Below are positions 19,739 through 28,248 of a stretch of 64,000 bases of DNA, one piece after another (positions within the stretch are counted from its first letter, which is position 1; each line of letters starts with the position of its first letter). The stretch is from IMG/VR virus record IMGVR_UViG_3300034022_000278, positions 1 to 64,000 of that record; one strand, 5' to 3'. The stretch is from a virus. The translations under genes were made by a program, and so were the position numbers. The notes under the pieces were generated by a model. That model ran no database searches and was not told the DNA's origin. It saw nothing but the letters and a program-made list of their open reading frames with translations.

Positions 19739-20256
19739 ATTTCTCCGCTATCTGATAGTGATGCAATAGACTTACCTTTTTTGGTAGTCTTCTCTTCTTC
19801 GTAATCTCTCTTAATTTTCTTATAATCCTCAAACATCTTAGGCGTGTTGCTCAACATCTTATCTAGTTTAACTAACTCGTCAGTGTCCCCTGCTTGAATA
19901 GCGTTTCTATAGAGATCCTTTAGGGAATTATCTCTGAGCACCATTATCTCACTCCAGTTTACTAATGATTTCTCTGCATCAGATAGTACTAGGTTCTTAA
20001 ATACGTCTATGATACTTTGTATGCTATCCCATTTAAATTTAGGGATTTTTATAAAGTCCTTAGATAATACTTCTAATTTATTTGGATAATGAAAGAATTT
20101 AGACTCAGGATTAAAAGCATAATTAACAGCCCACATTACTCTTGAGCTTTCTTCTTTGCCTTTAGATTTATCTTTATTATAAAACTGAGAAAACTCAGTC
20201 AGTAATAAATACTCTGAGTTTACTTCCCAATAATTATTATCATGAGCCGCTTTCAT
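19735..20256 (-). CDS. Conserved protein upstream of terminase (possible small terminase)
   Basis: Overlaps the terL start. Contains YNKDKSKGKEESSRVMWA. Confidence 0.5.
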   Translation of the reverse strand: MKAAHDNNYWEVNSEYLLLTEFSQFYNKDKSKGKEESSRVMWAVNYAFNPESKFFHYPNKLEVLSKDFIKIPKFKWDSIQSIIDVFKNLVLSDAEKSLVNWSEIMVLRDNSLKDLYRNAIQAGDTDELVKLDKMLSNTPKMFEDYKKIKRDYEEEKTTKKGKSIASLSDSGEI

Positions 20257-20437
20257 CCTTAATCTTTTTTAGCTTATTCCACAATTCTCCCATAGGAAGT
20301 GTGCAGGTAAACTGCATACCATTGCTGTAAATTGTTGAGGTTCCTATTTCTGACCCTTGTCCTATTGCTGTAATATCGTAGAAAGTCACAGGCGCAATAG
20401 TTTTATCTTCTTTAATTATTTCAAATGTTATGTTCAT
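20240..20437 (-). CDS. Hypothetical protein
   Basis: 65-aa ORF overlapping both neighbours. Confidence 0.5.
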   Translation of the reverse strand: MNITFEIIKEDKTIAPVTFYDITAIGQGSEIGTSTIYSNGMQFTCTLPMGELWNKLKKIKDESGS

Positions 20438-20690
20438 CTTTTTCTATTTTTAAATTTAAACAATGATTAGCATGTCTTATCTTTCTTTGATTAGGAATAA
20501 ATTTACCAAAATTATCTATATGGATTACTGGAAACTTTTCTTTATCATAAAGCTCGTCGCTCTTCTTGTCTATGTCGGCAATCACTTCAGCAATCTTACC
20601 ACCAAGTAAATTCCAAACTTCTTCTGCTTGTCCTATCTTTACTCCGTGGCGCATTGCTACTTCTAACAGTAATCTACGTTGTTCAATCAT
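20421..20690 (-). CDS. HU/IHF-like DNA-binding protein
   Basis: Helical N-terminus followed by VIHIDNFGKF, the HU/IHF beta-turn motif. Confidence 0.6.
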   Translation of the reverse strand: MIEQRRLLLEVAMRHGVKIGQAEEVWNLLGGKIAEVIADIDKKSDELYDKEKFPVIHIDNFGKFIPNQRKIRHANHCLNLKIEKDEHNI

Positions 20691-21300
20691 TAGGCGGTGC
20701 TATACTAAAATCAAAAGTTTCTTCCTCTAATACGGGGGCCTTAGAAGCATCAATGTCGTATTCAGAATTGACAACTGCTTTAGCATACTCCATTGCAGGG
20801 TCTTTTATATCTGCTCCCCAAATTGATTCTTCTACAAACTTTTGCTCCTCCTCGTTCTTATCCATAATAGCTTCATCTAATTCCTCTGTAAACTTCTTAG
20901 TAGTTGGAGGAATAGTAGTCATGATAAGATTTACTTCAAATTGGAATCCATCTTGGTCAGGCTTAAATTGCAGTTGTGGATGAATCATATTTTGATCATT
21001 TAATAACTGCGTGCCCATGAAAGATTTCTTAGTGCTCTTAAGTCTAGACAGGATAACATTAAATTGTTTCTCCTCTATGTTTAATACATCCCTAATTTCT
21101 TTACGCATATCAGTAGACAGAATAAACTTAGCTCTCTTATTGGGAGGAAGTGCTTCATACTCATTATTCAATTTAATGAGCTCTGCTAATACGTCCCTCT
21201 CTTGTGGCGTAAGATTGAGCATAAAATTCATAAAGGCTAGAATCTGGCGATATATCTTTCCTTCGTTAGTAGGAAGGGATATTACTTTTCTTTGCTTCAT
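20683..21300 (-). CDS. Winged-HTH-like protein with acidic tail
   Basis: LTPQERDVLAELI...EIRDVLNIEEKQFNVILSRLK pattern. Confidence 0.5.
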   Translation of the reverse strand: MKQRKVISLPTNEGKIYRQILAFMNFMLNLTPQERDVLAELIKLNNEYEALPPNKRAKFILSTDMRKEIRDVLNIEEKQFNVILSRLKSTKKSFMGTQLLNDQNMIHPQLQFKPDQDGFQFEVNLIMTTIPPTTKKFTEELDEAIMDKNEEEQKFVEESIWGADIKDPAMEYAKAVVNSEYDIDASKAPVLEEETFDFSIAPPND

Positions 21301-21649
21301 CGATAATTACTTTTTGTAAATCTACGTCTGTTGCTAGCATCTTAGCTACTTCATACCATGTGATTAATGCGCCTTGTGCTAGAGAGCCTAGTACATCTAG
21401 GATAACATGGTACTCCATATTCTTAGCATCTATGTTATCAGGTCGTAAGTATTTAAACTGCTGTATAGTTCTCTCACTGTACCCTGCTTCCTTAACAATG
21501 ATATCTACTGCCCAAGCATTTTCATTATCCTTCATAGGATAAGATGTGTACTTAAACTGCAGACCATCTGCTAAACATTTTTCTGTTGCTGTTAAAAAGC
21601 AAGTAGCTAGTACTGTCTTAATCTGCTTTAAATTCTCCGTTGTGCTCAT
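21266..21649 (-). CDS. Hypothetical protein
   Basis: 127-aa ORF in a packed operon. Confidence 0.55.
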   Translation of the reverse strand: MSTTENLKQIKTVLATCFLTATEKCLADGLQFKYTSYPMKDNENAWAVDIIVKEAGYSERTIQQFKYLRPDNIDAKNMEYHVILDVLGSLAQGALITWYEVAKMLATDVDLQKVIIDEAKKSNIPSY

Positions 21650-21824
21650 CGTTAATATTAATTTGTAAAATAAATTTAGTAGGGCCTATGTCGTTGCTGA
21701 TGCAAAAGGAAGCTTCAAATACTTTGTTATGCTTTAAGCAGAACTCTATAAAATCTTCTTCCAAGGCCTCTTCTCTTTTAAATAATCCTTGTAAATCACC
21801 AGATATAAATTCTCCAATTCTCAC
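21618..21824 (-). CDS. Hypothetical protein
   Basis: 68-aa ORF in a packed operon. Confidence 0.4.
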   Translation of the reverse strand: MRIGEFISGDLQGLFKREEALEEDFIEFCLKHNKVFEASFCISNDIGPTKFILQININDEHNGEFKAD

Positions 21825-21834
21825 CCCAGTAACC

Positions 21835-22140
21835 TTACAATGAAAAGATTTCTAGATTTAATCTATATCTTCCCCTTGTTTCTGCTGTCCGTATTAAGTC
21901 CCGCTCTTTTAGAGAAGCTAAATGCTTATCCAAAGTGGGAGGAGATATTCCTAACTTATTCATGATGGCAAGTTTATTTTGTTTATCTGCGTACCATAGA
22001 TTCTTTTCAAAATCTAATTGACGCATGATATAGAATAATACATGGAAGGTTCTATCGTTTGATTTTAATAATACGCTTTCCTTTGTATCTAAATACACTG
22101 CTACCATTTTTCTATTTTTATTATCTCTGTACTTATACAT
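21835..22140 (-). CDS. Winged-HTH DNA-binding protein (RepL/MarR-like)
   Basis: IMNKLGISPPTLDKHLASLKERDLI...RGRYRLN. Probable ATG at 22140, directly after the TATATTTGCA promoter element. Confidence 0.65.
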   Translation of the reverse strand: MYKYRDNKNRKMVAVYLDTKESVLLKSNDRTFHVLFYIMRQLDFEKNLWYADKQNKLAIMNKLGISPPTLDKHLASLKERDLIRTAETRGRYRLNLEIFSL

Positions 22141-22156
22141 TGCAAATATACATAAT

Positions 22157-22227
22157 TGATAGTACAAATATCATAATAATATAGATACTATCCAAATTTG
22201 ATAGTATAAATATACAAATAAGATAGT
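22157..22227. promoter_or_regulatory. Cluster of (T)GATAGT motifs upstream of the HTH gene
   Basis: Copies at 22157, 22187 (inverted), 22199 and 22221. Confidence 0.45.
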
Positions 22228-23030
22228 TAAATTATTGGATTTAGTATTTGGTGCTCTATCATTTTGAGGTACGTGCGGTTACTTACAGGGTAATTAGTTT
22301 GGCATTTGTGCTCTTTACATTGCAAGTAATATCTTCTTACTCCCATTGCAGTAGTGTAGCATTTAGTAACCCTTGGGTGTAGACTTCCACATTCTGGGCA
22401 AGCAAAGTTATCATTGCCGTAAAGTTTGCCGTAGTTAAACTGTGTCTTAGCGTAAGGTCTTAATTTTTGATACACTCGCTCTAAAAGTCTAACATCCTCA
22501 TCGCAGTATTTAACCATATCGTTAAGTGCATCTTCAGATTTCTCTTGGCATATTCTGTCCCACAATGTGTAATCAGTAGATATCTTCTGTCCTACTCCTA
22601 AGTATTTTCCTAGTTCATCTAGTTTATTAGAAGCAAAACTAAATTGTGACTTAGCTATTTTAAGAGTATCTATAGTTTCATATCTAGGGTTCATGTGTAG
22701 CCCGTGGAGGATGGCTCTTGTGCGTAACCATTTTAAATCAAATCTATCTCCGTTATGTGCTACTATTTGATTGGCTTTATTAAGCTCCTTGACAAAGTCC
22801 TGTATTAGAGTTTTGTCACACTGAGCATCATCCCATCTAAGATTATGAACTTCTTCCTCACCTTCCCACTTCCATGATATGCAGATTACAGAAGGGTACT
22901 TAATAATCTGATGTGGTTGGATAGAAAGATTATATCCTAATCTCCAAGCACTAACTATGAAATAAGAAACCTCTATATCATAGAACATTCTCTTTCTAAC
23001 GCTTTTAGTTTTACTTTTATTTTTGCTCAT
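22227..23030 (-). CDS. DnaQ/RNase H-like 3'-5' exonuclease with C-terminal zinc ribbon
   Basis: FYDIE, HNGDRFD, YCDED exonuclease motifs and CPECG...QC-C. Confidence 0.8.
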   Translation of the reverse strand: MSKNKSKTKSVRKRMFYDIEVSYFIVSAWRLGYNLSIQPHQIIKYPSVICISWKWEGEEEVHNLRWDDAQCDKTLIQDFVKELNKANQIVAHNGDRFDLKWLRTRAILHGLHMNPRYETIDTLKIAKSQFSFASNKLDELGKYLGVGQKISTDYTLWDRICQEKSEDALNDMVKYCDEDVRLLERVYQKLRPYAKTQFNYGKLYGNDNFACPECGSLHPRVTKCYTTAMGVRRYYLQCKEHKCQTNYPVSNRTYLKMIEHQILNPII

Positions 23031-23151
23031 ACTGTGCTTGTTTTTAACTTGTTCGTAAAGTTATGTAATAATTCAATATGATGAAGGAATAGTAGGCTAA
23101 TAATAATGTAAATATTATTAGGAATTTTGAATTATTATAGTTATGGGACGT

Positions 23152-23241
23152 ACTATCATGTAAGTGGTAGTCCAACTATCAGTGCTTGTTAGGTTATTAC
23201 TATCACTCTGATGGTAGTAAGAGCCTACCAATTATGGTAGT
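23152..23241. repeat. Palindromic ACTATCA-n4-6-TGGTAGT repeats in the divergent intergenic region
   Basis: Pairs at 23152-23171, 23199-23218 and 23224-23241, plus a half-site at 23175. Confidence 0.6.
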
Positions 23242-23423
23242 AGAAAATTGTAACTAATTGTTATATAGTATTTTATGATTTTAGACTAATGTATAGGTAA
23301 ACCTACACAGTAGGTGCACTTGTACGAATGTATAAATGTAGCGCTGTTTAGCCACTTACCTTTAGATTATTTATAATTTTTTTTTTATATTTTTTTTGAT
23401 GCCATCAGTATATTATTATTGGG

Positions 23424-23485
23424 TGTGTGGTATCGGGAGTGGTTATTATTTATTTAGGATTGCTGTATGGTATCGCAAGTGGTTA
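23424..23485 (+). repeat. 22-nt direct repeat x2, period 40
   Basis: TGTGTGGTATCGGGAGTGGTTA / TGTATGGTATCGCAAGTGGTTA (19/22 identical). Confidence 0.6.
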
Positions 23486-23557
23486 CCACCTTAAACCAGA
23501 ACCCCTACTAAATTTGGGCGGGGGAAACACCCCCCCTATAACTCGTAACTCATAAAA

Positions 23558-23881
23558 ATGTCAACTATGAAATTAAATTTAGCAATTCTCGGTAACCTTG
23601 TTAAGGTATACGGAGCGCCATTATACGGAGCGACATCCGTTGAAGACGCAGGTACTATTGGTGCTAGCGAATACACGGTTATCGACAACAATACACTTAT
23701 GGTGATTGCAGACGGTAACACGATGTATTTCCCTATTCGACGTAGCGTTGTCGATGCGGGATTCACGGATGACCGTGTGTTCACAATCGGCATCTTCGAG
23801 GCCGAGCGTGACGCAAGCGGGGAGCGTGACGGCATTGCTTGGTCAGTGACCAAGGGTGCACGCAAGGTATTTGCGTATTAA
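23558..23881 (+). CDS. First gene of the plus-strand block, hypothetical, GC-rich
   Basis: 107 aa with A-rich leader (CATAAAAATG), followed by a terminator hairpin. Confidence 0.65.
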   Translation: MSTMKLNLAILGNLVKVYGAPLYGATSVEDAGTIGASEYTVIDNNTLMVIADGNTMYFPIRRSVVDAGFTDDRVFTIGIFEAERDASGERDGIAWSVTKGARKVFAY

Positions 23882-23910
23882 GGAACGGGTGCGCAAGCAC
23901 CTTTCCTTTA
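23880..23910 (+). terminator. Hairpin after the first early gene
   Basis: AAGGAACGGGTGC-GCAA-GCACCTTTCCTT with a GNRA loop. Confidence 0.6.
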
Positions 23911-24177
23911 TGCCTTAAACTTGTCATAGAACCATCGTCGAGCACTACGTGAGTGTGCTTGTTTAGTTACTTAACTCATTAATACTCAGAGATATGTGTG
24001 TAGTTAATGGTGTGGTTACTAAGCCATCATGGCTAAGAAACCCTAACTCTTAAAGAGTTGATATGCCATATCCTTTAATAAGGGTATGGCTTAATTTAAT
24101 TAATTGTAGTAGAATAGTAAGTCCATTAAGTTGGTGATACACCAGCAACATTATGTTGTGTAACTACTACAATTAAT

Positions 24178-24275
24178 TACTCTCATCCAAGCAGGAGAAG
24201 TTCTTCCACTTAGAGAAGAATATGACAAGCACTTTGAAATAGTAAGTGCCAAGGGTTGCAACCTTGTGAGAGTAC
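24178..24275 (+). ncRNA. Putative structured ncRNA (multi-stem junction)
   Basis: Closing stem TACTCTCA/TGAGAGTA encloses hairpins TTCTTC/GAAGAA, GCACTT/AAGTGC and CAAGG/CCTTG. Confidence 0.45.
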
Positions 24276-24301
24276 TATTTATTAACATTTAAATTAAAGA
24301 A

Positions 24302-24511
24302 ATGTATTCACAGAAAAATATTACGAATCAAAGGTTCACTGTAAGATTTTGTGCTGTTGCAAATTATTTAGGATTTAAAAAGATTGGATCTTTTGAAAAA
24401 CTCCTTAATCAAATGCAGCCAAACAATAAAATTACATTTGGACCTAGTCATGTCCGAGTATGTAGATTACTCGCAGAAATAAATGACTTTAAAAAATATG
24501 AAGCTGAATAA
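24302..24511 (+). CDS. Hypothetical early protein
   Basis: 69 aa with an A-rich leader. Confidence 0.5.
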   Translation: MYSQKNITNQRFTVRFCAVANYLGFKKIGSFEKLLNQMQPNNKITFGPSHVRVCRLLAEINDFKKYEAE

Positions 24512-24532
24512 TAGTAAGCTTCATATTTGTAA

Positions 24533-24658
24533 TGCACCATTCTCACTTCCCAAAGAATGAGCAGTTGTAATCTAAGTAAGACAGATAGCCTAGGAGTGAT
24601 GCCTAGTGAAACCCTGATAGTTCAAACGTAGAGAGATTACAACTGAGTGCAGAGGGGT
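24533..24658 (+). ncRNA. Putative structured ncRNA with pseudoknot
   Basis: Stems GCAC/GTGC, CATTCT/AGAATG and AGTTGTAATCT/AGATTACAACT. Loop CTTCCC could pair with the 3' GAGGGG. Confidence 0.45.
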
Positions 24659-24840
24659 AATACATTACAGTTGTAGTAAACTATGGGTTGAAATGTCCTG
24701 GGTAGGTAAGTAGTACATGGCACATTATAGCTGTGTTGCATATATCCTTTTTATAAGGCTCAGTCCCAAAATGTGCTATATAATACTAGTTTACTGCAAC
24801 TGTTTTGTATTTATTTAACTTATACTTAAAAATTTAATTT

Positions 24841-24987
24841 ATGATGTTTGAAGATGCACAAGATATGTTTATGTTATACAGCATATCACCTGAATTAACG
24901 TGTACTTGTGATGAAGTTCATGAATGTCAACAATGTTGGGAAGAAAGAAAAGCTGACAGAGATGTAGCTGCTATTGAACCAATTTAA
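24841..24987 (+). CDS. 48-aa putative Zn-binding microprotein (not in ORF track)
   Basis: MMFEDAQDMFMLYSISPELTCTCDEVHECQQCWEERKADRDVAAIEPI, with CxC-x3-HxCxxC. Confidence 0.5.
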   Translation: MMFEDAQDMFMLYSISPELTCTCDEVHECQQCWEERKADRDVAAIEPI

Positions 24988-25214
24988 GAAATATATGTCA
25001 GTGTGGGTGATTCCTGTAACAGCTGGCTAAATACATGCATCTGAAATAATGATGTATTGTCGCTATCTACTAGCTATAAAAAAGACTAATCATCTTAGTA
25101 GAAAAGCATCGCCTTAAACTTAGTAATAAGAGAGGAAAGACTACCAACACAGTAAGATGCACGCATAAGCTTTTAATAGTTTGCTTATGTATTTTTAAAC
25201 TTAAACTTAAACTT

Positions 25215-25367
25215 ATGAAAAGAAAGAATTTAGCGCATATATTTACAGGAATGTTTACTATATGTTTGTTATTAGGAGCAATCCTGATGATTGGTGGTAA
25301 TCACCTAGGAGATTTAATAGTAATATCTTCAGCTATAGGAGCAACAGCTACCTTTGCAATATCTTAA
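25215..25367 (+). CDS. 50-aa two-TM membrane microprotein (not in track)
   Basis: MKRKNLAHIFTGMFTICLLLGAILMIGGNHLGDLIVISSAIGATATFAIS, with an AT-rich leader. Confidence 0.5.
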   Translation: MKRKNLAHIFTGMFTICLLLGAILMIGGNHLGDLIVISSAIGATATFAIS

Positions 25368-25658
25368 TTAAAATTGAGCAGCAGATAATCTTATACTGTA
25401 ATGCTCAATAGACTTTATAAGTCAGTAGAATCCTCTTGTTATAGCTTAATCAAGAGGATTCTTTAAAGATATCACAATGAAACATCTAATAAATCAAAGT
25501 TATGAAACAAATATTAGTAGGCAATTATTGGATAAATGTAAATGATTTAACATATAGTTATTCAAAATATCCAAAAAGAATCTTAGTAAAATATTAAATA
25601 AAAGATTAATTTAGTAAATAGAACTTGTAGTTCTGGGTAATAATTTAAAAAGCACATT

Positions 25659-25913
25659 ATGGACTTTGAAAACGATTACATATATAGACTTGAGCTTGTC
25701 TTCGATGAAGATGATGTATTAGTCTATAATATTATCTCACCTGATGATGATGAGGTAATTAAAAACATTGAGGATGATCTATATTCTAAGTATTTACACA
25801 AAGAATCAGATAGATCTAAGTATAAATTTACCAAGCTTTGGACTTTTGAAGCTGGTATAAAGATAGCGGTAATAGCTAATACAGCTATTAACCGAAAGTA
25901 TGCATTAAACTAA
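25659..25913 (+). CDS. Hypothetical acidic protein
   Basis: 84-aa ORF. Confidence 0.55.
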   Translation: MDFENDYIYRLELVFDEDDVLVYNIISPDDDEVIKNIEDDLYSKYLHKESDRSKYKFTKLWTFEAGIKIAVIANTAINRKYALN

Positions 25914-25977
25914 GGATGCCACAGGACTAAACATTGATAAGCCTGTTTAAAAATTGGATGTACGTAGAAATACGTAA

Positions 25978-26056
25978 TATATTGTTGCCTTGAGAAAGCA
26001 AGACTAAAAACATGTAGAGACATAAACAGTCCTACACAATATAAATGAGTTCTCAG
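25978..26056 (+). ncRNA. Pseudoknotted RNA motif, copy 1
   Basis: TATATTGT/ACAATATA stem, TTGC-CTTGAGAAA-GCAA hairpin, and a 3' GAGTTCTCAG complementary to the loop. Confidence 0.55.
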
Positions 26057-26407
26057 CAAATAGTTAATGTGTCACAGTCTATATATAATGTATAGAATAC
26101 CTCTTACTATATGACCCTATTCTTGTATAATACAAGTCAAAGGGTGCTAAAAGTAATTAGTAATTCATAGGTAAGTTCTTGGTGGAAGAAGCGTGTTCCA
26201 CTATCTTTTTTTAATTAAATAGAGTGAAATCTATTTATTTACTGCGATAAACAGTTCTTTATTTTACCAGTAATGGTTGTTAGCACCGTCAAGAAAATAC
26301 AACCAAATTACATTTTATGTACATGCTCGTGTATGTGAAAAGACTTTATAAGTCTGTGTTTTAGAGCAAAATCTATAAATTATTTATCTTTAAAAAACAA
26401 AATTATT

Positions 26408-26920
26408 ATGAAAAAAGTAACATTAGTATCAGCAAAAGGAGTAAAAGGAAACAAAGTGCAATTAACGTTTTCTCAAATTGTAGAAACGGGTAAAGCACCA
26501 ACAGGTCTATTAGGCATCTTGAATGCAAGTGATGAAAGATTTAATCAGTCTAAGCCTCGTTTGGCTTGGTTGACTGCACAGCCTGCAGATGTAAAGCTTC
26601 AATTTGGTCTAGATGTTTCTGGATTAGCTGAAGGAGAAGAGTTAGAAATTGATATGGTTGATCCTAAAATTACGGGAGATGATCGTTCTTTGAATCTTCA
26701 AATTACAGAAACTACAAAAGGTAGTGACTATGATGTTGCAAACTTTGAAACTCGTGCTAAAAGAGCAGGTAAAGATGGTGAATTCATTATGAGCAATGGT
26801 ATGTATATCTATGTCAACACTACTGTTGTTGTAGGTGAGCCAAAGCACACTTTGATTGCAGACACAACTCGTCAAGCTGTTACAGGTAGTTCAGCAATTG
26901 CTGACGCATTAGGTATTTAA
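26408..26920 (+). CDS. Conserved early protein, unknown function
   Basis: 170 aa with a strong A-rich leader and its own terminator. Confidence 0.75.
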   Translation: MKKVTLVSAKGVKGNKVQLTFSQIVETGKAPTGLLGILNASDERFNQSKPRLAWLTAQPADVKLQFGLDVSGLAEGEELEIDMVDPKITGDDRSLNLQITETTKGSDYDVANFETRAKRAGKDGEFIMSNGMYIYVNTTVVVGEPKHTLIADTTRQAVTGSSAIADALGI

Positions 26921-26930
26921 TATCTGAAGC

Positions 26931-26967
26931 AAAGGGGGAATAGTAAATCTATTCTCCCTTTTATTTT
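26931..26967 (+). terminator. Intrinsic terminator
   Basis: AAAGGGGGAATAG-taaat-CTATTCTCCCTTT plus T-run. Confidence 0.7.
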
Positions 26968-26988
26968 AATTACCTAAATAATCCCATC

Positions 26989-27252
26989 ATGCAAGAAACA
27001 AAACCAAGAGTAATTATTACTGAATTGGGAGTATACTTACGAGCAATAGAGCTTGAGTATAAGCCTAAAAATAATGAGCATAGAGCTCAATTAATAACTG
27101 ATAACTTTCCTGTGCTGTGTCTTGAAGAAGACATTGAAGAATATGAGGAAATGTGCTATTATAGTAGCTTAGCAGAGAGCCAAGACTACGATTTAATAGG
27201 TAAAAGAGACAATTATTGTAGACAATTAGGAAGATCAAATCCTTTTTATTAA
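26989..27252 (+). CDS. Hypothetical protein
   Basis: 87-aa ORF. Confidence 0.55.
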   Translation: MQETKPRVIITELGVYLRAIELEYKPKNNEHRAQLITDNFPVLCLEEDIEEYEEMCYYSSLAESQDYDLIGKRDNYCRQLGRSNPFY

Positions 27253-27271
27253 ACATTTAAATATTAGGAAT

Positions 27272-27529
27272 ATGACAACACATTTAAGAGTATCAACTTA
27301 CTATAATGATGAACATCCTCAAAGGATGATGAAAAGATTAGGTATTACCTATCAGCATTCAACACCACAAAGTATGGGTGACCAATGGTGGTTCTGGAAT
27401 TGTGAAAATGTACCTGACCCTTTACCTGAGCATACTAGCATTTTGGAATGCAACGACCCTATGGAAATGATTGGTTGGGGACTATCAAAAGAGGACGCTG
27501 AAAAAATACGTGATTACACTTTGTTATAA
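27272..27529 (+). CDS. Hypothetical protein
   Basis: 85 aa containing HPQ...LGITYQHSTPQSMGDQWWFWNC. Confidence 0.6.
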   Translation: MTTHLRVSTYYNDEHPQRMMKRLGITYQHSTPQSMGDQWWFWNCENVPDPLPEHTSILECNDPMEMIGWGLSKEDAEKIRDYTLL

Positions 27530-27806
27530 TTAAAATTAATGAACTGTGAGTACCGATAATCCGCCAAATACATAATTATTTTATAGTTTTGGCACAGTAT
27601 AAAATTACCCCGCTAGAAGTAAACAAATAATAAATGCCGCACCTCTTGCGAGTGCTTAATGGATGACTTAACATCTACGGTAAATTGTTAGAATCCATAT
27701 CAAGGTGGAGTTGTTTGTGGAAGGATATAAATAGAAATAATCCCGTCCTAGACGGTGTAAATACTAAACTACTATATTCAGCAACTTGGGCTGACAGGGT
27801 ATGTTA

Positions 27807-27926
27807 TTGTGTTGTTCCCTTGAGAAAGGAGCACGAGCTATAATTCATCAGCTATTGAAGAAGGTACATCGGAATAATGGTGTAGAGATTATATGCTGGT
27901 TTGTAACAACACAGAGGAGTTCTTAA
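27807..27926 (+). ncRNA. Pseudoknotted RNA motif, copy 2
   Basis: TGTGTTGTT/AACAACACA stem, TTCC-CTTGAGAAA-GGAG hairpin and a 3' GAGTTCTTAA. Confidence 0.55.
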
Positions 27927-27935
27927 CCTCAACAT

Positions 27936-28011
27936 AGTGAGGTGGCGTAATGAGGCGAGGTTGCCGAGTCCTATATGGTTGCTTTACGGTTCGAGTCCGC
28001 CCTCACTGCCA
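27936..28011 (+). tRNA. Atypical tRNA-like element (no assignable anticodon)
   Basis: Acceptor AGTGAGG/CCTCACT plus G-CCA. T-loop GGTTCGAGTCC. D and anticodon arms are irregular. Confidence 0.55.
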
Positions 28012-28174
28012 TTAGCCCTCTGCCTAGCGCTGGGTATGGATCGAAGATAGGGATAGCCTCTTGAACGTTAGTTAGAATGTTTCGGCATTCTTTAATCAAT
28101 GCGCACTACGCCTTCCGAATCGTGTGTCGGCACAGTTTGTACGTTCTGGGGATAATACAAAGACGTACATTTTT

Positions 28175-28248
28175 AGTCAGGTGGTGTATTTGGTAAACAC
28201 AACTAGTTTTTAGGAGGATAGCAGGTTCGATTCCTGTCCTGGCTACTA
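28175..28248 (+). tRNA. Atypical tRNA-like element with shortened anticodon arm
   Basis: Acceptor AGTCAGG/CCTGGCT, D stem GTGT/ACAC, T arm GCAGG-TTCGATT-CCTGT. Anticodon arm is only CTA-GTTTT-TAG. Confidence 0.6.

Noticed and set aside
10616-21843. Plus-strand ORFs antisense to capsid, portal and terminase genes (e.g. 10616-10960, 17978-18421, 20654-20983)
   Set aside because: These are shadow ORFs of strongly supported minus-strand genes, with no recognisable motifs.
23152-23485. CRISPR array
   Set aside because: The repeats are short or only two copies, there is no regular repeat-spacer series, and there is no cas operon.
23536-23865. Minus-strand 109-aa ORF
   Set aside because: It is the antisense shadow of the GC-rich plus-strand gene, which has the better leader and a terminator.
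24533-24658. Hammerhead, twister or HDV/theta ribozyme assignment
   Set aside because: I could not place the required catalytic cores in the correct order by eye, so it is left as an unassigned structured RNA.
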